64,000 nt of DNA from assembly GCA_963762145.1 (NCBI GenBank), contig CAVXJS010000011.1, positions 288,001 through 352,000 of the forward strand, in the 5' to 3' direction. Positions 30,101-38,472 of this stretch are shown in pieces (the first letter of the stretch is position 1; the number at the start of each line of letters is the position of its first letter). A program made the position numbers and the translations under genes. The notes under the pieces were generated by a model. The model saw nothing but the letters and a program-made list of their open reading frames with translations, searched no databases and had not been told where the DNA came from. This stretch comes from an uncultured Candidatus Rokubacteria bacterium (lineage in GTDB: Bacteria > Methylomirabilota > Methylomirabilia > Rokubacteriales > CSP1-6).

Positions 30101-30458
30101 TCATCCGCTCGAGCACTGGGTCGAGGAGCTTGCGCGCTTCCTCGGGATCACGGTCGGCGAGCAACTCCATCGAGCCCTTAAGGTCGGCGAAGAGGACCGT
30201 GACCTGCTTGCGCTCCCCCTCGAGGGCGGCCTTGGAGGTGAGGATCTTCTCGGCGATGTGTTTCGGCGTATACGAGTCCGGGGCGGCGAACTTGGCTGTC
30301 GGGCTTGTCCGGAGCGGTGCTGCGCACTGGCCGCAGAACTTATTCTCGGACGGGTTGGCCGCGCCACAGGACGGACAGGTTGCGGCCAGTGGGGCGGCGC
30401 ACTCCCCACAGAACTTCATGGTTGGTGGGTTATCGAGTTGGCACCGCGGGCACTGCAT
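27123..30458 (-). CDS. Double zinc ribbon + class III adenylate/guanylate cyclase + AAA/STAND-type ATPase + TPR protein
   Basis: Four CxxC motifs; ERKQVTVLFADLKGS, MGDGIMALFGAP, HLAARME; GEPGVGKS Walker A, LVVFEDLHW Walker B; C-terminal TPR-like helices. Confidence 0.92.
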   Translation of the reverse strand: MQCPRCQLDNPPTMKFCGECAAPLAATCPSCGAANPSENKFCGQCAAPLRTSPTAKFAAPDSYTPKHIAEKILTSKAALEGERKQVTVLFADLKGSMELLADRDPEEARKLLDPVLERMMEAVHRYEGTVNQVMGDGIMALFGAPLAHEDHAVRACYAALRMQESVKRYAEGVRREYGVTIRIRVGLNSGEVVVRAIGSDLHMDYTAVGQTTHLAARMEQLADPGSTLLTPDTLALAEGFVQVTSLGLVAVKGLTTAVEVYELAGISAARSRLQAAAARGLSRFVGRDVEIEHLRRALGQAGSGRGQIVAVVGEPGVGKSRLTFELTHSHRVEGWVVVEAGSVSYGKATSYLPVIDLLKGYFRIGDRDTPREIREKVTGKVLALDRALEVVLPALLALLEVAGEDLQWQALDPPQRRQRTLDAVKRLLLREAQVQPLLVVFEDLHWIDSETQAVLDSLVESLPPARLFLLVNYRPEYAHRWGSKASYTQVRLDPLPPESALELLHSLLGVDITIESLKPILIARTEGNPFFLEESVRTLAETNALVGGRGTYRLTTALTDIQVPPTVQAILAARIDRLSPEEKHLLQSAAVIGKDVPFPLLAAITDDRAEEEVRRGLIHLQTAEFLYEVCLFPDLEYTFKHALTHEVAYGGLLHERRRGIHARLVEVIEALYGDRLAEHVERVAHHALRGEAWGKAVRYASEAGLKAAARRAHREAVTWFEHALAALAKLPDTAERQTQAIDLRLDIRSSLVALGDFASVPFHLRQAEPIAKALGDEDRQSAVVSAMAHCSWATGQYQEALQAGQHALELATRAGNPTRQRIAGFVLGEIRNALGDYDEAIAHFVGNIEAESLDETLRWRQVGPAIVSVVNRRWVAMSLAEVGRFTDAIAFGTEAVEIAETADHPYSLINALVGLGFALVRKGDVDRAIPLLERGCEVSTSLGFTMWSVCATPLAAAYGLAGRSSDAARVLADPRVEPGSNSGSLAESYLLGGYLDEASRLAEQELDLARAQKSRAQEARALHVLGELAACRDPFDVEAGEDYLRQAVVLAGDLGMRPLVAHCHLGFGKLHGRAGKREQAREHLATATTMYREMDMKYWLEQVAAETAALG

Positions 30459-30508
30459 ACCGAGGCCTCCCAACGAGCCTGGCCGGGCACGGTCGGACAG
30501 GTGGCACG

Positions 30509-30572
30509 AGGGTAGTCTGCCGAGTGGGAGGGGTCAAGGACCGAGAGTCTACCTCGACCGAGAGTTTACCTC
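30509..30572 (-). promoter_or_regulatory. Sigma70 promoter of the cyclase gene with adjacent tandem 17-bp repeat
   Basis: TTGACC-17-TACCCT (30537-30509); GACCGAGAGTCTACCTC GACCGAGAGTTTACCTC at 30539-30572. Confidence 0.55.
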
Positions 30573-30880
30573 GTGTGCGAGGGCGCAGCAGCGACGCCCG
30601 GAGCAGGCGCATTGCGGGGATCGTGTCCGTTCAGGGCTCGCTCGATCTTCAATCCCAGCGGCCCCCCACGGCCCGGCCGTCTCCGCGTCTGAGCGCGACG
30701 CTCAGCCCTTTTGTCCGCGGGGCGCGAATTTTCCCGTTCGATTGGGCTCGGCGGCTTTGGGAGGGCGAGGGGACCAGAGGGCAGGGTGGCCGGAGCCCGG
30801 GCAGTCCAAGAAGGTAGGATTCCTGGTGACCTCGATCGGTCGGCCAGGGAAAGGAATGCTGAAAGACCCTCGGGGGTTCT

Positions 30881-30930
30881 GGTTGCGTCTGGGTTGCGTG
30901 TGTTGCCACGATCTGCCGCGTTCTGCCACG
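30881..30930. repeat. Short phased direct repeats at the island right end (arm-site-like)
   Basis: GGTTGCGT x2 (11-bp period); TGCCACG/TGCCGCG/TGCCACG (10-bp period). Confidence 0.6.
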
Positions 30931-30970
30931 TCACTCACCGCAAGTTATCGGGATGCTTGAGGGCGTCGGG

Positions 30971-31043
30971 CTTCATCCAGGAGGACTCGCCGCACGAGAT
31001 CGGCGACGCGGTCGCGGCCTTCGTGGGACGCCTACCACGCTGA
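30971..31043 (+). pseudogene. dhaA: Haloalkane dehalogenase, 3' part
   Basis: FIQEDSPHEIGDAVAAFVGRLPR*, the typical HF(I/L)QED-P-EIG C-terminus of DhaA/LinB. Confidence 0.9.
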
Positions 31044-31160
31044 GCCCGTTGCCTGGCACCCATGTGCCCAGGCTTCATTGCCTTACCTTCTCGGATCGCC
31101 TATACTGCCGCCGCACCACCCCCTCTGAGGAGAAGCAGATGGGCCTTTCGTGGGGGGGAC

Positions 31161-31850
31161 ATGCGTGTTCTGGTACCTGTCATCATGCGACTCCTCCGAG
31201 CGCCAGCCGGAGGGCCCCAGCAGCCGCACCCTCCTCTCACGGCTCCCGAGCTTCTCCCGCCCCGTGATGTGCCGGACGAGACACAGGTCGATGTGCCGGT
31301 CGACGGTGAAGACCCCGAAGAAGGGGCCAGCCGTGGCTTCTCGCGTGGGATCGGGGTCGCCGCCGCCACATTCGTGCCCACGTTTCTGGCCACCTACTTC
31401 GGGATCGTCTCCCTCGCCGGCGTACCCATGGGGACCCGATCTCCGGCCGTTCCCACCGGCGGTCCTCCGCCGGTCATGTCTGCCCTCGCGCCTCAAAGGG
31501 ATCTCGTCGCGAGCCCACGGCAAGCTCAGGCGCCGATCCAGGAAGCCCTGAAAAACGCCGCCGCCCCGGCCACCACTTCAGCGATCCCTCGACCTGCGCC
31601 GCGAACGACACGTCCTCACGTTGAGCCCAAGGCGGCCCAACCCAAACGACCCGCTTCGGCCGCCCCGAAGAACAACGCCTGGGTTCGTGGCGCGGCCTTC
31701 CCCGACCGGGACTCGGCGGAACGCCTCGCGGCCAGCATCGAGAGCCGGGGCTATTCGGTCACAGTCCGCCGTGACGACAGATCAAGCGCTTCCTGGGTCG
31801 TATGGATCAACAAGAATCCGAGGATGACTCCCTCCGAGCCGCGAAAATAG
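31161..31850 (+). CDS. SPOR domain membrane-anchored protein
   Basis: TM segment, Pro/Ala-rich linker, WVRGAAFPDRDSAERLAASIESRGY SPOR-like end. Confidence 0.7.
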   Translation: MRVLVPVIMRLLRAPAGGPQQPHPPLTAPELLPPRDVPDETQVDVPVDGEDPEEGASRGFSRGIGVAAATFVPTFLATYFGIVSLAGVPMGTRSPAVPTGGPPPVMSALAPQRDLVASPRQAQAPIQEALKNAAAPATTSAIPRPAPRTTRPHVEPKAAQPKRPASAAPKNNAWVRGAAFPDRDSAERLAASIESRGYSVTVRRDDRSSASWVVWINKNPRMTPSEPRK

Positions 31851-31888
31851 CCCGACGGTCAGGGCCTGCTCGCGTGAGGGGTAGTGGC

Positions 31889-32767
31889 CTACTGCAGAAA
31901 CTTGCGGAGGACGCTCAGGAACTCATCGAGGCGGTCGTGGTGCAGCCAGTGGCCGGCGCGCTCGAAGCCGATGACGGAGGCGTGACGGAACGGCTCGAGA
32001 CGTCCGTCCTCGGCGGGATTGCCGGACCAGCTCTCCTTGCCGTAGAGCAGGAGCGTCGGGCAGGTGATGCGCGAGTAGAGCAGCGCGATGTCGCGCAGGC
32101 GCATGTCGTAGGGCGGGAACACCCGCACGTAGTTGTCGAACTTCCAGCTATACGTCCCGTCCTCGTTCTGGTTCACCCCGTGCACGGTGAGGTGCCGCGC
32201 CTGGTCGGCGGACAGATGCGGGTTCTCCTCCTGCATGCGGCGGAAGGCATCCTCGATCGAGGGATAGCGCCGCGGCAGGCGGCCCGCCAGGTTGCGCTGC
32301 TCGCGGATCCACTCGTCCATCCGCTGCGCGATCGTCTTGGTCGAGCGCTCGGCGAGCTTTCGCGGCGAGGGGCCGACCCCCTCGATCGATACCAGCCGGG
32401 CGACCGTCTCCGGGTAAATACCGGCATAGCGAAGCGCAATATTGCCGCCCAGCGAGTGGGCCACGATCGTGACCGGGGCCAGCCGCTGGCCGTGGATGAG
32501 CTGGGCCAGGTCGTAGATGTAGCCGGCCATCGTGTAGCTGCCGTCGGTGGACCACTGGCTGTCGCCGTGGCCACGTAGGTCCGGCGCGATGATGTGCCAG
32601 TCGCGACGGAGCGCCGCCGCGGTCCAGTCCCAGTTGCGGCAGTGATCCCGCCCGCCGTGCAGCAGCAGGAGCGGCGGCTTGTCGGGATTGCCCCAGTCGA
32701 CATAGTGCAGGCGGAGGCGCTGGGAGAAGAAGGTGTGCGACGCGGGGCCCGGCATGCTGTCGGTCAT
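31889..32767 (-). CDS. Alpha/beta hydrolase
   Basis: LHYVDWG, LLHGG, PDLRGHGDS, AHSLGG nucleophile elbow, AGHWLHHD. Confidence 0.9.
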   Translation of the reverse strand: MTDSMPGPASHTFFSQRLRLHYVDWGNPDKPPLLLLHGGRDHCRNWDWTAAALRRDWHIIAPDLRGHGDSQWSTDGSYTMAGYIYDLAQLIHGQRLAPVTIVAHSLGGNIALRYAGIYPETVARLVSIEGVGPSPRKLAERSTKTIAQRMDEWIREQRNLAGRLPRRYPSIEDAFRRMQEENPHLSADQARHLTVHGVNQNEDGTYSWKFDNYVRVFPPYDMRLRDIALLYSRITCPTLLLYGKESWSGNPAEDGRLEPFRHASVIGFERAGHWLHHDRLDEFLSVLRKFLQ

Positions 32768-32775
32768 GGCGTCGG

Positions 32776-33840
32776 TCACCCGGCCGTTCCCGCTCGGAGA
32801 TAGTCCACCGCGCGGCGGTGGCTCTCGAGCAGGCCGTCGAGCCGCGCCGGCTCGCCGCGGCCCCAGCCGCACTCGGTGGCCACGCCGAAGCCGCCGCCCA
32901 CCGCGGCGCGCGCGGTATCCATGCGCCGCCGGTCGCCGTCGGCGTCGTCGTGATGGATGAGCCCCAGATAGAGGCGCGCGCCCTCGGGCAGGCGCAGCCC
33001 GCGCAGGGGCGCGAAGTACGCGGCGTCGTCGCGCTCGCGCGGCACCGGCAGGTGGATGAAGCCGAGCGGGCGCCGCACCGTGGTGACGATCGCGCGGGTG
33101 AGCTCGGCCAGCACGCCCGCGTCGGTCGGCATCACCAGATGCTGGTCGGCCGGGCTGCCGTAGCAGAGGTGATAGCCGAGCTCGACGTCGGCGGGCACCG
33201 CGGCCCCGAGGCGCTCGAGCAGGGCGAAGATCCGCGCCTTGTAGTCGGCGGGGCGGGACGGGAAGTAGTTCTCGAACACCAGCACCTCCTGGCAGATGTC
33301 CCACTGGATGCTGAGCTCGGCGTGGGGGATGGCGGCGCTGATGTCGGCCAGGGCCCGGAGCAGCGAGCGCTCGTAGACCCGCAGGTAGTCGTCGTGCGCG
33401 CGCGGGCTCACGTACATGTACGCGCTCGACATCGCGGTGGGCAGGCAGACCTGGAAGCGCAGCCCCGGCGGCACGACGCCGTCGCGCCGCAGCCGGGTGA
33501 AGACGGCCCAGGACTCGCGCGCGGCCTCCGCGTACCCGGTCGGGAACGCGACGGAGTCGGGATCCACGCCGGGCCGGAAGCGCAGGAGATCGGTGCGGCG
33601 CAGCAGGGAGCCGTCCCACTGCCGCAGCTCGAGCAGCCCCGCGTCCGCGTCCACCTCCATCGCGGGATGGCGCTCGAGCATCGTGCGCTGCCAGTAGATC
33701 CAGCGCCGGCGCTCCCCGGTCTCGCCGTCCGGCATGCGGGAGAGCACGGGACCGAGCGATGCCGCGAGGCGGCGGAAGACGTCCTCGGTGGTGGGGAGCG
33801 GGACGCTGCCGATGAGGTGTGCGAGCCCCGCCGTGCTCAT
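32776..33840 (-). CDS. Cobalamin-independent methionine synthase (MetE C-terminal)-like protein
   Basis: LIGSVP, PDGETGER, IQWD, YHLCYG and TECGWGR Zn-ligand motifs. Confidence 0.75.
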   Translation of the reverse strand: MSTAGLAHLIGSVPLPTTEDVFRRLAASLGPVLSRMPDGETGERRRWIYWQRTMLERHPAMEVDADAGLLELRQWDGSLLRRTDLLRFRPGVDPDSVAFPTGYAEAARESWAVFTRLRRDGVVPPGLRFQVCLPTAMSSAYMYVSPRAHDDYLRVYERSLLRALADISAAIPHAELSIQWDICQEVLVFENYFPSRPADYKARIFALLERLGAAVPADVELGYHLCYGSPADQHLVMPTDAGVLAELTRAIVTTVRRPLGFIHLPVPRERDDAAYFAPLRGLRLPEGARLYLGLIHHDDADGDRRRMDTARAAVGGGFGVATECGWGRGEPARLDGLLESHRRAVDYLRAGTAG

Positions 33841-34517
33841 CGGACCAGGGCTCCGTGGTCGAGCAGGGCCACTCGATCCGCCACCGCCTCCGCGACGACC
33901 GGGTCCCGCTCGGTCAGCACGACCGTGGCCCCGGCCGCGCGCAGCTCGGCGATCAGCGCGCCCACCCCCGGGCGATCTTCCTCGGGCAGCCGGCCGAGCG
34001 GGCCGTCGAGCAGCAGCAGCCGCGGCGCCAGCGCCAGGGCCTGGGCCAGCTCGAGCCGCGCGAGCTCGCCGGCCGAGAGCGCGTCGCGGCGCCGGCGCGC
34101 GATGCCCGTGAGCCCGACGCGCGCGAGCAGCGCGGCGTCGTGCTCGCGGCCCTCCGCCCCGGGCCAGCGGGCCACGACCCCGCTGAGCGGGCCCCACCGA
34201 GGCCAGCGGCGAGCCAGCGTGATCGCCTCCGCGACGGTCAGGGACCAGGGCGGCGTCGAGATCTCGCCGACCCGGACCAAACCCTGCCGGGCGCGCTCGC
34301 GCGGATCCGTTCCCGTGATCTCGCGGCCGTCGTAGATCAGGCGCCCGGACTCGAACGGCAGCGAGCCGGTGAGGCAGCGCAGGCCGACGGTCTTGCCGGC
34401 CCCGGCGGGGCCGCAGAGCGCGAAGATCTCGCCCTCCTCCACCGTGAACGAGAGCGCGTCCAGCGCCGCGACACCGCCCACGCGGCAGGTGAGCCCGACG
34501 ACCTCGAGTATTCTCAT
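33837..34517 (-). CDS. ABC ATP-binding-like protein (LivG-like), degenerate catalytic motifs
   Basis: GPAGAGKT Walker A and LSAGE signature, but LLLLDGP (no catalytic Glu) and LTERD (no His). Confidence 0.75.
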   Translation of the reverse strand: MRILEVVGLTCRVGGVAALDALSFTVEEGEIFALCGPAGAGKTVGLRCLTGSLPFESGRLIYDGREITGTDPRERARQGLVRVGEISTPPWSLTVAEAITLARRWPRWGPLSGVVARWPGAEGREHDAALLARVGLTGIARRRRDALSAGELARLELAQALALAPRLLLLDGPLGRLPEEDRPGVGALIAELRAAGATVVLTERDPVVAEAVADRVALLDHGALVR

Positions 34518-34729
34518 GCGAGTCGCCAGTCTGCGGTCAGGGCGCGCACGGCAGCATCTTAGCGGAAAATTCCGGGGGTGCTAGCCTCGTTCTAGCGGGT
34601 TCACCGCGGTCATCCAACTCATCATCAAGCACCAGTTCCCGGTGAGCATGTCGACGAAGCCCGACTTCTCGGACTACGTCAACGACAAGGGCGTCTCCCG
34701 CCCCCAGCCCCGCTAGCTGTCCCTCCCGC

Positions 34730-35288
34730 TCAGCGAGCGCCGAGCTGCCGCACGAGGTCGGCCACGCGGCTCGTCAGGGCGTCGTCGTCGGGCAGGTCGC
34801 CCTCGGGTGTCACCCGATCGATGACCTCCGGCAGGAGCTCGGACAGGCCGCGGGAAGTATCCTCCTGGCTGAGGCCGGCCTGGCGGGAGATCTGCTCGAG
34901 ACCGTCCGGCCCGAAGATCTGCGACATCGCATCCGCCGGGATCGGCTTGTTCGCGCCACGGCCCACCCACGAATCGGCCTGCTCGCCGAAGCCCGCGCCC
35001 TGGAGCTGCGCGAGAATGCCCCCGAGTCCTCCCGCCGAGCTCCCGCCTCCGGCGGCTCCGAGCACCTGACCGAGGAGATCGCCGAGGCCCCCCGCCGCTG
35101 CTCATCTGGCCGGGCATGCCCCGCTGGGATCCACGGTTCGACAGCATCGCGAGCACGACCGGCAACATCGCCACGAGCACGCTGCTCGTGTTCGTGGCGC
35201 CTCCGGCCGGCCGCCGCGAGGGCGCCTGCGGTGACTGGTTGCCCATCTGTCCCGCGAGTCCACCGAGCAGATCGTCGAGAAGTCCCAT
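34730..35288 (-). CDS. YidB/DUF937 family protein, one frameshift near 35090
   Basis: MGLLDDLLGG start; ADSWVGRGANKPI, LSELLPEVIDRVTPEG motifs. Confidence 0.8.
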
Positions 35289-35303
35289 GGATGCCTCCTC
35301 TGG

Positions 35304-36625
35304 TCAGTACCGGTTTGCGATCGGCAGCTCGTCGGCCGGGAAGAGGGTGATGATCTGGGCGCCCTTCGGTGTGACGATCACCTCCTCCTCGATGCGCGCC
35401 GCCGAGGTGCCGTCGGTGGCCGGGCAGTAGGTCTCGACCGCGAAGACCATGACCGACCTCGAGCTCCATCGGGTCGTCGAACGAGTTGAGCCGCGAGATG
35501 ATCGGTCGCTCGTGCAGGCCGAGCCCCAGCCCGTGGCAGAAGTTCAGCCCGAAGGCGGCCATCTCGCTCTCGAATCCGATGTCCTGCGCGCGCGGGAAGG
35601 CGCGCGCGATGCGATCGGTGCCGACCCCCGGCTTGATGAGGGCGATGGCCCCGTCCATCCACTCGCGGGCGCGCTTGTAGGCGGTCTGACTGCGGCGCGG
35701 TCGCGCGCCCCACGCTGAACGTGCGGTAGTAGCAGGTGCGGTAGCCCACGTAAGACTGGATGATGTCGAAGAAGGCCTGGTCGCCCGGGCGGATGATCCG
35801 GTCGGTGAAGTTGTGCGGGTGCGGGGAGCAGCGCTCGCCGGAGATCGCGTTGATGGCCTCCACGCAGTCCGAGCCCATCTCGTAGAGCCGCTTGTTGGCC
35901 AGCGCCACGATGTCGTTCTCGCGCACGCCCGGCTTGAGCGCTTCGAAGATGTCCTGGTAGACGCCGTCGCCCATGGCCGCGGCCATGTTGAGCAGGACCA
36001 GCTCGTCCGCGTTCTTGATCACGCGCGCCTCGAGCATCACCTGCTGGCCGTCGCGCACCTGGATGCCCAGCTTCTGGAGCGCGAAGAGGAACGGCGGCTC
36101 GACCACGTCGATGCCGAGCGGCATGCCCGCCACGCCCTCCCGGGTCAGGATGGCCTTGATCTCGCGCGCGGCCGCCTCGAAGAGGCCCGCCTTCGGCGAG
36201 ACGGCGCCGCGCATGCCCACCATGCCGGCCAGGCACTGATTCGGCGGGAGCTGCGGGCGTGGACAGGCGGTGATGCCGCGCCGCCGAGCCGAAATCCCAC
36301 ACCCAGGGCTGCCCGTTTCCGGTGAGCAGGCTCCAGCGGTGAGCTTGTCGCGCGCCCACTCGCCGATCACGGTGCCCGAGATGTAGCGGATGTTGTACTG
36401 GTCGAAGAGGAGCAGGGCGCCCAGGCCCGACTTCGCGAGGGCGCGGCGGGTGCGGCCGAGGCGGTATTCGTGCAGGCGGTGAAAATCCACGCGCTCCTCG
36501 AAATCCACCTGGGTGTGGCCGGGCGCCTGGATCGGCCGATCCCAGCGGTGCTTCGGGTCCACCGCGTCGGTCTTCCGAGCCGGGGCTCTCGTGGCCGGGG
36601 CCGCTGCCTTGCGCGCCATCTCCAC
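35304..36625 (-). CDS. M24 Xaa-Pro peptidase family protein, several frameshifts
   Basis: NIRYISG, EARVIKNADE, DIIQSYVGYRTCYYRTF, CHGLGLGLHERP, ARIEEEV across shifting frames. Confidence 0.8.
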
Positions 36626-36698
36626 CTCCTCGGGTTCGTGGTGAGCGTCGCGTCTCTCCTACCACATACCGTGTGGGTGCGATAGACTCGGCTGCACC

Positions 36699-38465
36699 AT
36701 GACGACGCCGCCCCCGCCCGTCGCCCCCGCCCAGGACGCGATGCCGACCACCAAGGGCCTGAACTATTTCCTGGAGGACCGGAACTTCCAGTTCGTCTGC
36801 GAGTCGGTGATGGGCGCGGGCGTCTACGAGCGGGCCCGGCCGCATCTGACCGACCTCGGGGCGATCGCGGGCGACGAGCTCGACGCGCTGGCCGCGGTGG
36901 CCGATCGCAACCCGCCCGGGCTGCGCGCGTGGGACGAGCGTGGGCGCCGCGTGGACGAGATCGTGCGCCACCCGGCCTATCGCCGCATGGAAGAGATCGC
37001 CTTCTCCCGGTTCGGGCTCGCCGCCATGGCTCACCGTCCGGGCGTGCTGGGCTGGCCGGGCCGCGCGCCGCAGGTGCTCAAGTACGCTCTGTCCTATCTC
37101 TTCGCCCAGGCCGAGTTCGGCCTCCTCTGCCCGGTGAACATGACGGACTCGTGCGCGCGCATGCTCGGCGCCTTCGGCAGCGAGGAGCTCAAGGCGCGCT
37201 ACCTGCCGCATCTGACGTCCACCGAGCCGGACACGCTCTGGCAGGGCACGCAGTGGATGACCGAGCGCACCGGCGGCTCCGACGTCGGCGCCTCCACCAC
37301 GGTGGCCCGGCGCGGCGCCGACGGGCAGTGGCGCCTCTGGGGCGACAAGTGGTTCACCTCGGTGGCCAACGCGGAGCTGGCGCTGACCCTCGCTCGGCCC
37401 GAGGGCGCGCCCGACGGCACGCGCGGGCTCGCGATGTTCCTGGTGCCCAGGCGCCTGCCCGACGGCAGCAAGAACAACTGGACGATCAACCGGTTGAAGG
37501 ACAAGCTCGGCTCGCGCTCGATGGCGACCGGCGAGGTGACCTACGCGGGGGCGGTCGGCTACGTCGTGGGCGAGCTCGACTCGGGCTTCAGGCAGATGAT
37601 GGAGATGGTCAACGGCTCGCGCCTGTCCAACGCGATGCGCGCGGCCGGCATCATGCGGCGGGCCCTGCTCGAGTCGCTGGTGCACGCGCGCCAGCGAGTG
37701 GCGTTCGGGCGCCCGCTGGTGGACCTGCCGCTGCTGCGCAGCAACCTGCTCGGCATGCTGCTCGACGCGGAGGCGGCCGCCTCGGTGATCCTGAACGGCG
37801 CGGCGCTCCTCGACCGGCGCGACGCGGGCGCGACGGACGCGCGGACGCTCACGCGAGTGTGGACGCCGCTCGCCAAGTACTGGATCACGCTGCGCGCGCG
37901 CGACGTGACCGCGGAGGCCATGAACGTCCGCGGCGGCAACGGGTACGTGGAGGAGTGGGTGAACCCGCGGCTGCTGCGGGACGCCTACCTCGGTGCGATC
38001 TGGGAGGGCTCGGCCAACGTGGTCGCGCTCGACGTGCAGCGGGCGATCCTCAAGGACCGCGGGCTCGAGGCGCTGGCCGTCTTCATGGCCGAGCGACTCG
38101 GGCGCGTGTCCGAGCCGGCCGCGAAGCCGCTGGTGGACCTGGTGAAGGCGAGCCTCGAAGCGGTGACCCGGCAGGTGGCGACCTGGGCCGGGGTGTCCGC
38201 GGCGGAGCGCGAGCTGGCCGCGCGGCCGGTGGCGGACACGCTCTACCACCTGCTCGCGGGCTCGCTTCTCCTCGCCGAGGGGCAGCTCCTGCGCGAGCAG
38301 GGCGGGAGCTACCGCAAGCTGCTCGCGGCGGGCCTCTACCTCAAGCGCTGGCTCGAGCTGCGCAGCCCCGCGAGCCCGCCGTTCACCGCGCGGCAGATCG
38401 AGTGGCTCGAGCCCCTCGCGGACTGGCGCCCGATCGCCGCCGCTGCGCTCGCCGACGTGGACTAG
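36699..38465 (+). CDS. Acyl-CoA dehydrogenase (AidB-like)
   Basis: CPVNMT, QWMTERTGGSDV, GDKWFTS, RLKDKLGSRSMATGEV, GGNGYVEE, IWEGSANV. Confidence 0.92.
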   Translation: MTTPPPPVAPAQDAMPTTKGLNYFLEDRNFQFVCESVMGAGVYERARPHLTDLGAIAGDELDALAAVADRNPPGLRAWDERGRRVDEIVRHPAYRRMEEIAFSRFGLAAMAHRPGVLGWPGRAPQVLKYALSYLFAQAEFGLLCPVNMTDSCARMLGAFGSEELKARYLPHLTSTEPDTLWQGTQWMTERTGGSDVGASTTVARRGADGQWRLWGDKWFTSVANAELALTLARPEGAPDGTRGLAMFLVPRRLPDGSKNNWTINRLKDKLGSRSMATGEVTYAGAVGYVVGELDSGFRQMMEMVNGSRLSNAMRAAGIMRRALLESLVHARQRVAFGRPLVDLPLLRSNLLGMLLDAEAAASVILNGAALLDRRDAGATDARTLTRVWTPLAKYWITLRARDVTAEAMNVRGGNGYVEEWVNPRLLRDAYLGAIWEGSANVVALDVQRAILKDRGLEALAVFMAERLGRVSEPAAKPLVDLVKASLEAVTRQVATWAGVSAAERELAARPVADTLYHLLAGSLLLAEGQLLREQGGSYRKLLAAGLYLKRWLELRSPASPPFTARQIEWLEPLADWRPIAAAALADVD

Positions 38466-38472
38466 AGGAGCC

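Larger units (their letters stand above)
16817..30978. mobile_element. ~14.1 kb genomic island inserted in dhaA, flanked by 8-bp direct repeats CTTCATCC
   Basis: CTTCATCC at 16817-16824 and 30971-30978; the two gene halves rejoin in frame (888 nt); interior is visibly less GC-rich and full of gene fragments. Confidence 0.88.

Noticed and set aside
30900-31060. tRNA or tmRNA fragment at the island boundary
   Set aside because: No T-arm (GTTCGA) or acceptor stem with CCA; the target is the dehalogenase CDS.
35090-36400. Split YidB and M24 peptidase as pseudogenes
   Set aside because: Same indel pattern with conserved motifs retained; probably sequencing error.
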